A stretch of 64,000 bases of DNA from the NCBI RefSeq assembly GCF_000143415.4, contig NW_003314264.1, forward strand, positions 4,205,229 to 4,269,228, in the 5' to 3' direction. Of this stretch, positions 55,412-64,000 are shown piece by piece. The translations under genes were made by a program, and so were the position numbers. Position 1 is the stretch's first letter; every line of letters begins with the position of its first letter. The DNA comes from Selaginella moellendorffii (Eukaryota; Plantae; Lycopodiophyta). Under the pieces are notes generated by a model. It was not told the DNA's origin and made no database searches. It saw only the letters and a list, made by a program, of their open reading frames with translations.

Positions 55412-56809
55412 ATACTTATAAAATATTTTCATTAATAATTGTGATAGATTAATTAGAATTTTGAATTAACTCAATTATTAAGATTAAAGTTTATCAATCC
55501 AATAAAACTACTTTATATATCAAATTAAAAAGACAACTTAAGCATTAGTTCATTTTTTAGTTTATTGAAGATTTTTAACTGAAGCTTCAATATATTTTCT
55601 TTTTCATTGAATCTATCTGTTTAGATTCAAAAAATTATTACATATTTTATATAATGCATATTCTAATTAAGAAGTAGAAATAAAAGTAATTTTTCACTGT
55701 ATTACATTTAGTACAATGAGCTTTTATTTTACTGTATTGTAAATATAGCTTTTTTCTCAAGAAATAATTTATATGTTTAGAATATGCTTGGATATTCTAG
55801 TTTATTCTACTATATTTAGACTTTTTATAATAACACACCTCCAAGTATATTAGTATTCTATTGATTACTTTTATTTTATACACATTTATAATTCATAAAC
55901 TTTCTTAAACACTAATGCTTGATTACAACCCACAAATAACCTAAGATAGAATTGTCGTGAGCTCTTCTTCTTCAAACAAGGATTACCAATCCTCATTGCA
56001 GTTTTTCTGAAGGCATTGACATTTAATATTTTAAACTAAATAACACTTAACATCCTATAAGCTCTCTTTGAACCATGGAGATTTTGTGGCCAGTTTAGCT
56101 GTTGGTGTGGCAGGGTACATGTTTAAGCAGTTGTATCCCAATATGTTGCCTCAATTGCAATTGATAGATATTCTTCCACAAGCTCAATCCCTGGTATATC
56201 AGTAACAAATCTAACATTAAATTTGGACTAAAGAGAAACTTGTAACATGATTTATTATGTTATTGTGATTTTTTGTTATATAATAAGTTTATCTTCAGAT
56301 ATATTTAAAAATCTAGTTCAAATGAATTCTAAACTAATGATATAGTTTGATTTAAATAGGATGAATATAGCATTTTATTTATGAAATCTAATTTTAAAAA
56401 TTACAATGTTACTAGTGCAGAATTTATGAAAAGAGTTATTAATTATTATTTTGTATTTTAAAATTATACAAAACACAATATCAATATCACTATGCTTAAA
56501 TTTAAATATAACTGTTAGCAAAAACTGCAGATATAATGAAATTTATCCTGTATTATTTTCACTAGATACCATGTATTATGCTTTTTGCACTTAGTGTTTA
56601 TTTTGTAATGCTAAGGTAATATTCTAGAAGTAAAATAGTTTTCTTTTAATTTTGTAATTTATATAGTAAATGACAAAATATTAATAATATAAGTGCTAAA
56701 AATTATATTGTAAGAGTTTTTCTTGATGAATATAGATAATAATTAAATTTTTTTACTTTTACTTGACAATAGAAGTTAAAATTTATATAATAATTTTTAT
56801 ATTTCAAAG

Positions 56810-59152
56810 TGTAAAGTCTATAAATATATGTATTACCATACCTAGGTAGTACACTAATTATAATACTATAGCATATAAACTGTTTATTTGAGACTAAATT
56901 TTGTCCATCTATTCTTGTAAATAAGAAGGTGTCTAACCCTGATTAATATACCTAATTTATGCCTTGAAGGAAAAGTTTGTTGATAATGCTTTGTTCAATA
57001 TTTGGGATTATGTTTTTTATTTTTATTCCTATATTCTGTTTTAGATCTAGATTTGTATTAGATTTTTGCTAGATCTAAAATTCTAACTATTGTTGTGCTT
57101 CGACTCACTCTTCTTTTTAATCTTTATTGTATTCTCTTCTTCCACCATACTAGATATTTTATTATTAAATTTTTTTAATAACTAGAAAATTATCACCATC
57201 ATCAATTGAAGAACATATCACTAGGCTATAGATGTTGCTCTATTGGATCAAATTTTTAGTGCTGTTAGGTATGATCATATTAGTGTTATGCCAATGTTAT
57301 CTTTAGCTTTTGTGGGATGTGATAATATAACTTGTTCTATTCTTGGTGTTTTACCATTTTTACTAATGTGGAATAGTTATAGATAATATAGTTTAATTCT
57401 TAAAGAATATGTAAGGATTAAATTTATAGGAAGATAATGTCTACAAACTTAAGTGGATTCCAAATTAGAACTCTTTTTAACCCATTATAAAGTGGAGCTA
57501 GATTATTGTTACTTATATTATTCTTTTAAGATTTTTAACCATAACAAAGTACAAAAAAAGAGAAAAAATTAGAAATTTAATTATTATAGAGATAACTTTA
57601 GAGATGAGTTAGAAATTATATAGTATAGGTGTTAATCTTTTAATCTACCATTTGATTTCTTTACCTTCTACCCTTTCCTAACCTTTTTTTTATTTCTTAG
57701 TTAGAGCATCTTTTCATATTCCTAGTATTTCTTTTTTATTTGCAATATTTACTTCTATTGACATTGATCATTTATGATTTTTATGATTCTCATTTTCAAT
57801 CTAGTATTGGGTGAAATGTATTTTGTCCTCTTTATACGAATTTAAATGTTATATATGTGTGTGAAGTTGAGAATCTTGTTTTTGTTTTGTTGGCAAAGTA
57901 TTTAATCAATTTTTGTATTGAGTATTCCTTTGTTCCAAAGGATAAGTCACTTTTGCTAGAGTTTCATATAAAATACGTATCACTAATTATGAGTGTCATT
58001 AAAAATCTTTTCTTTATGGTTGTTTTTAAGGAGTTTATATGTTCCCTTGAGAGTGTGTATATTTTTATTGTTTAAAGTGTGGAATTATGTATTGAGGAAA
58101 TTGAGGAGTGTGAATCTTTTATTTATATTGAGGTGGCTAAAGTATTTTATTATATGAGACCTTTATTCTCTAAGTTCTGAGTACATTTCCTTCTTTTTAT
58201 TTTTTTATTTTTATTTTGACAACTGCTCAAAACTCCACTTTTAATGTATCTTTTATCATTTTTTTATATTTAACAATGTTTCTTTTTCAATTTTTCTCAC
58301 TTTTTTTTCTTTGCTTCGACATTTCAAACTTTTTTTTTCTTTAAATGAGGGAGTAAATGGGATGGATGGGATTTTTCCCTTGATGATAGAGTGAAGACAA
58401 ACATAGTGAGGAACATCATATTCATTCGAATGAAACATTTAACTTTAATGAAATAAGGTTAAATGAATATAATAGTAAAGTGAGGTTGAATATTGGAATG
58501 AAGATGAGTGTAATGAGTCAAAACAAAACTAATGTTTTACAACTTTTTTGCCTTTGAAAAGGAGGTAAAGGGGATATAAAAGACAAAAAAAGTAAATCTA
58601 ACTTCCCATATGCAATGTTTATTGAAAATGAAGATTGTGAATCCAAGTTAATGGTATTTTAGCTAGTGGGCAAACTTAGATATAAAATTTATTGTTTGTT
58701 GCTATAGTATTTTTTGGACTCCAGTGACTCTTAAAATTCCTTATTTCGGTTTAAAGTTATAACTTCAAACTTGGTTCAATCATTTAGCAACACAGAGTTA
58801 TAGTTAGCTCATCATGATTTCATAGTCAACTGATGTTTGTGCCATAGTTTTGCATTTTGTTTCTATAATTGTTGTCAAATTTTTTATGAAATCTTCAAGT
58901 TCTTCTGATAGTTTATAATTGCTCAACAAAAGCTATAAATGTTCCATTTAACTTATCATTATCATCTTTTTATCTTCTAAAGGAGAGGATGGTGTAAGAT
59001 TTAAACACATATACATATATTATCATGCTTAGGTAATACACTAATTATAGTATTATAGTATATATGTTGTTGGGACTGAATCTTATCCATTTTTGTATAT
59101 AAATAGGTCTAAACCCTAATTAATATATATTCCTATATCTTGAGCACTCATA
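56810..59152 (+). mobile_element. Very old AT-rich LTR element related to the 52562-55411 family
   Basis: Repeated block (..aggtagtacactaattata..aaccctgattaatata at ~56810-56950; ..aggtaatacactaattata..aaccctaattaatata at 58993-59152). PPT-like aaggagaggatgg before the second copy. The leader region resembles the reverse complement of 55100-55210. Confidence 0.6.
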
Positions 59153-59214
59153 AAACTACTAAAATTCAATTTATCAAGAAAAGTTAAACTTACTCTATCT
59201 ACAATTTTATTATC

Positions 59215-59660
59215 ATTAGGTTTTAAATTTTAAAAACATAATTTTATATGTTCTAGTAAATATATCATACCAGATGAATTGGAGATTTTTTTATTTTTAA
59301 ATATTGAAATATTATAGCTTGAACTAGGCATCTAATAAATATTATTTATTTTAATCAACCAACAACAATGAATTCTATATTTATGATGTATTTAATATTG
59401 GTTATCAAGAAATTTTATTAGAAAATAATTATTTTGAAATTTTATACATTGGAATCCACTTCTTATTAATTATCAAATTTCTGGCCAATATATTCAAGAT
59501 ATGGTTTTACAAATTTTGAGATAAGTAGAATATAATGCAAAATGATATGATTTGGGAATGATTGAAACAGTACATAAATATTTCTCACTGAATTTCATTA
59601 GACTTAGAGAGAAGTTCTAATGAATATCCAAAATGTTTAATTGATGGTATTTCTATAATT
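59215..59660 (+). pseudogene. Decayed paralog of the 5' half of the secreted lectin gene at 3689-4621
   Basis: Long collinear match, e.g. aattatcaaatttctggccaatatattcaagat..ttacaaattttgagata..tttgggaatgattgaaacagtacataaatatttctca vs aattatcaattttctggccaatatattcgagat..ttacaaattttaagatt..tttgggaatgattggaacagtatatagatacttctca. Contains stops and indels. Confidence 0.85.
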
Positions 59661-59710
59661 AATTATTAAAAATAAAATAGTTTTTCATAATTATAACTAT
59701 ATAGAGCATT

Positions 59711-59968
59711 TGGAATGCATGGAATATAGAAATGGAATACAAATATGCATATCAATTAACCCAAAACCCCTAGCTTATATACAGGAGTGAGTGATCCAGA
59801 TTGAAATTAATACAACAGCTATCCCACTATGTTAATATTAGTATACGCCATTATAACCATACACTTGGACCTCACATCATCCTTTACTTTCGGAATAATG
59901 GAAGACAGTCAATGTTCTTTCATGGATGGGTTGGGATCTGGAAAAACATTAGGAGGAGGCATTAGTGT
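59711..59968 (-). mobile_element. Third copy of the 52562-family element (3' LTR + PPT + adjacent internal sequence), interrupted by a younger insertion
   Basis: Aligns to 52562-52830 through cacatca..aataatggaagac..tgggttgggatct..ggcatta and then stops exactly at 59968. Confidence 0.8.
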
Positions 59969-62900
59969 TGTAGTGTGAGACACAAAATCCCTAGGCCCCA
60001 AAGTGGAGCCGGAAGGGCGCCACGTGGTAGTGGCCGAAGCGAGAGCCAAACGAGCATAACACGTTTGGACCAAAAGCTCCGACTTGAAAAGTCAAGAGCG
60101 GGAGTGGAACTCCCAACGAAGCGCTCGAGGAACGAGCACGAAGCGAGCAAAAAGCGAGGCTCCAAAAAGGGACCCAAAAGGACCAACACATGACACGTGG
60201 AAGTGTCCGAGATGGACTCGAGTTGAAGTCCGAAGTGGAGTCCGAGATGGACTCGAGTTGGAGTCCGAAGTGGAGTCCGAGATGGACTCGAGTTGGAGTC
60301 CGAAGTGGAGTCCGAGATGGACCCGAGTTGGAGTCCGAAGTGGAGTCCGACATGGAGTCCGAGGTGGACCCGAGATGGACCCGAGATGGACCCGAGATGG
60401 AGTCCGAGATGGAGTCCGAGATGGACCCGAGATGGAGTCCGAGATGGAGTCCGAGATGGAGTCCGAAGTCGAGACCGAGACCGAGACCGGGACCGAGACC
60501 GAGACCGAGACCGAGATCGGGACCGAGACCGAGACCGAGGCCGAGGCCGAGACCGAGGCCGAGTCCGAGTTCGAGTCCGAGTCCGAGTCCGAGTCCGAGT
60601 CCGAGTTCGAGTCTGAGAGGGTGAAAGCCCAAAGCGTTCGTCTCCCAGACCCTGGGGGGTTTGGTGAGCTCCAAAAGTATAGTAGGGGGGAGGACTGCAG
60701 TGGAGCCAGTTTGGCCAGGAAAGGCCAGTTTGGCCCAGGAAGGCTGGACCCAGTGTTGGGTGATGAGCTGCCCACTGGGAAGTCCAAGACTAGAGTGAAC
60801 ACGGACCGACAAGCGGGGTAGCTTGGTGAAGTGTTCAAGAGCCGACTCTAGTTCCCCCGGGAGATCGACTGGCCGATGCTCCCAGTCCAAGTGTGGGTGG
60901 CACTACCTACTTGGATACCTGGTGTGGCTCAACGGAACCCGCTCTAAGCCCATGGCTAGAGCACCCAAGGGCAGAAGGCGAGGAGAGTACCCAGGTGGCT
61001 CGCGTAAGGCCACGGTGTTCCGAAATGTTGTCCCAAAGGCCCAGACTGTGGAAAGGAAGAGGAGCAGTCCTCTGGGGTAGTGACCAAGGACACAGTCGTG
61101 TGGTGAGGAAGTCCCAGAGGACCGTGGGACTTAGTGGTCGGGCCTGTGGGTCTCGCTCCAGTGGCAGTGTTGGCAAACACGGCCAGGGGCAGAAAGGGAC
61201 TTAGTGGGGACTGACGAAGGGATATTGGGGAAGGCTATTCCCCTTGTCGGTGGGCATCCTAAGGATGCTAAGGAGTGGATCTGAGATGACCACTCACAGA
61301 CGGTTTGCCTAGTCTTGGAGAGCCAAGACTGTGATGCAAGTGGTATTGGACTACCAGTGTGGCAAAGGTGATTAGGCATGGCCTTAGCGTAACGGGCTGC
61401 TATGTCGGTGGTACCTTTGAGTGTCGGTCATGGGATCGGACACGTGGAGCACTTGGACCAAGTGCAAATGTTGAGTGGCATGGATGCCATTCTTGGGGCT
61501 AGCAAGTCCCCAGTCCTGGATTGGACTTATGGAGGTTGTGAATGAGACTCCTCCAAGTGGTCAAAGGTGTGGTTAAGTGACTAAAGTAGAATGGAAAATT
61601 TAGTCGCCTACAATTTGGTATCGGAGCTGTTCCTTAGTCCGACTTTTATTGGTGCTCAAGTATATCACCACTAGTGTTGGCATCGGAAGGTCCGAGGAGT
61701 GGGACTATCCTTGAGGAGTAGCAAGTCGGGAAGACATGGCTCTCCATTACAGTTCATGTGTGAACTTGTAGACGAGGTGGTGGATAGAAAAGGGCCAATA
61801 ATGGAACGACTTTGGGATCTTGGGAACAGTGCAAGGTTTTCCTCATTGAGTTGAGGAGGTGATCCAGATGAGTGTTTGACTCAGCAAACGGGCTAATGTA
61901 GTTGGGGTAAACAACTATAGTTGGGATCACGGGGAAGATAGAGACTCCAAAAACAATAAAGGAGTCACAAGTTATCCTCACATGGTTGAGGCTGGTGCTC
62001 ATGAATGTGAGACCAGAGGTAATGACCGTGGGAGGTCAAATACAGAAGAGGACTCAAGTCCTTGAAATGGTAGCCGGGGCTACCTTTAATAAATGCTGGA
62101 ACAACCCAAGGAGTTGGGGGGTGTACTTAGAGATGAGTGGTATTCTCATCGCATGGACAAGTAGTCCTAAGGGGCAAAAGTTGCCCCCAGAGAACAAAAT
62201 CAAGTGTTGGAGTAACACTTGTGAAAATAGTCCTTTTGAGTAGGACAGGAATGCAAGAAGTGTATTCCAGTGAGCTAGTGCCTCACAAGTAGGACCTTAC
62301 GGGTCTGTGGATTAACCAAGTCCAAAACTGCTGGATGACTCAAGTAGAGTCAAGGAATGGTCCTAAAGGACTGATGGAAGCATTTGGACTGAGGTGTGTT
62401 GTACCCCACAAAGGATGGGGGGGGGATCATAGGATCCAAGGATGAGAACAGAGGGTATCTCATCGATGGCAAAATGTGCCATGCTAAAGTTATGGGAAAG
62501 GTGTTCCCAGAAGAAAACAACTTTGACACAAAGTTGTGTGTGACCTCTATGGTGCAGTGCTAACGGATGGTTGGCCTGAGGAAGAGCGGTGTTGGTCTTG
62601 GCAAAGACTTAAACACGAAGGGGAAGTGTCATAGAGGTAGGCTCATGGAGCCGATGGTGTGGAGACACCAAATATGCCAAGGTGTGGTACCTTGAGGCTA
62701 TGTTGGTGGGTTCATGAGAACCCCTTGCCAAAGGAATCCCAATGGAAATGGGAATGGCATAGCCTAAGCTGCAGAGCATGCAGTTGAAGTGTGGTGACCC
62801 AGATAATGATGGAGGTGTGAAAGCACCAAGCAATGAGTTGTAGGACTTGACAACTATGAGGCAACTAAGCAAAAGGTGCAAAATAACTGGTTAAACGGGT

Positions 62901-64000
62901 AGAAGGTAGCTACCCAAGACTTCTAGCATAGGGAAGTCGGATATACCCTTACGGGGGATAAATTGCTTATGTTGCGATATAGTAAGTCAATGTCATAAAA
63001 GGAAATACTCATTGTCAAGAAAGCCATCATTGGGACACCCGAACGCTCTAGAACACCAGAAGGTGGTGTTTGATGTCGCGAGGGCAATGGATAAAGCCCA
63101 AGGGACTAAGTCCCTAGCGAATGATGGATAGAAGGTGCTATCCAAATGTCCAAGGTTGCGGAGACAGGAGAGGACTGCCTACCCGAGTTGGACAAAGCCA
63201 AAAATGGAATTTTGGCAAGGCTAGTGATGGGCATGTAAAGGCCCATAAGCAACAATGTAATCCCAGTGTGTGGGATTATAAGGTGAGCATACCCGGATTG
63301 AGGAACCACTCCCTGGGCTATTGGGTAGGTTCATCCCTAAGGATACTTGCTAAGGCATGATAGAAAGTGCAAAGCTATCCTCCTGGTCTGGAGGAGAATA
63401 ACCAAAAGAAACATATGGGGCCAAAAGGCAAGTAGTATTGGGATGGAACTGAACCATAGAAATCGAAGGGCATAACCAAGGTTGGTTATGCCAGCTGGGA
63501 GTGGAGAATCAAGTGGGGGCTCGAGGGTGTTGCCGCTAGCAACCGTGATGCCATGGAGAGTCTAAAATATGGAATTGTCCATGTTAGACTATGTGGCAAT
63601 TGGAAAGCTTGCAAAAAGGGAGGCCTTAGCAAGCTAAGGGACAGAGTTCCTTCAAGGTTCCCAAAGACGATTCTAGGTAGCTTAGTACCTAGAAAGGCCA
63701 AGTGTAAATGGTTCATGGAACGCGCGAAATCAGAGTGGCGCAGCAGAAGCGTGGTCTTGAAGCTTGCCATGAGGCAAGGCTATCAAGGTTAGGGAAGTAG
63801 TTCCCGAGTGTTCAAAGAGAGGGCTTTGAACGAAAGTCGATGGTCAAGGACTTTCACGCTTATGCATGAACCATGTTACAGTGGTCGGAGGACTTGCCAA
63901 GCAAGACTGGCAAGTCGGGGGAACAAATACCCTGTTGAAGGTGATAACTTCAAAAGGGTGGGCCATGGGGCCAAGCATGGAGGAGTCCATGCATGATCAC
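59969..64000 (+). mobile_element. LTR retrotransposon: 1644-bp 5' LTR (59969-61612), tRNA-iMet PBS, degenerate internal region running off the window
   Basis: TGTAG...CTACA termini, followed by ATT-TGGTATCGGAGC (61616-61627; canonical TGGTATCAGAGC). The internal region has no long ORF. Confidence 0.85.
60205..60615. repeat. Compound hexamer tandem array (GAGTCC/GAGATG/GAGACC) inside the LTR
   Basis: Directly visible; includes ~39-bp higher-order units (gagatggactcgagttggagtccgaagtggagtcc). Confidence 0.95.

Noticed and set aside
60205-60615. CRISPR-like array
   Set aside because: Simple tandem repeat without unique spacers, in eukaryotic DNA.
59991-60890. 245-299 aa ORFs on both strands
   Set aside because: They arise from the stop-free hexamer array inside an LTR; there is no evidence they are genes.

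Overview
Eukaryotic plant genomic DNA. The very compact genes, ~50-70 nt introns and PLS-class PPR genes suggest a lycophyte such as Selaginella (inference, not checked). A dense gene island at ~5.4-50 kb is flanked by AT-rich, transposon-derived arms. All ten genes left of the assembly gap (32050-32996) are on +: SnRK1 alpha kinase, NASP-like histone chaperone, BPA1-like RRM, AAA ATPase, ABCF, PLP-dependent transferase, SelT-like, divergent BTB/NPH3, MLO, PPR; BAHD acyltransferase makes eleven. All seven genes right of the gap are on -: 2OG dioxygenase, PPR, NDUFAF6, RLCK-VII kinase, C3H11/DFRP1, mS38, TRM. The arms contain Ty3/gypsy-type LTR elements of several ages (one nested) and three 5S-rRNA-containing Cassandra-like solo units, each with its own 5-bp TSD. 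The left arm also holds an intact, very AT-rich, intronless secreted protein (unknown N-terminal domain + Pro linker + bulb-type lectin), and a decayed inverted paralog lies in the right arm, so the window is roughly mirror-symmetric. A patch of captured gene fragments (NDUFAF6, LRR, ECA Ca-ATPase) lies at 38.7-40.6 kb. Coordinates of spliced genes are start-to-stop spans read by eye; no database searches were run.
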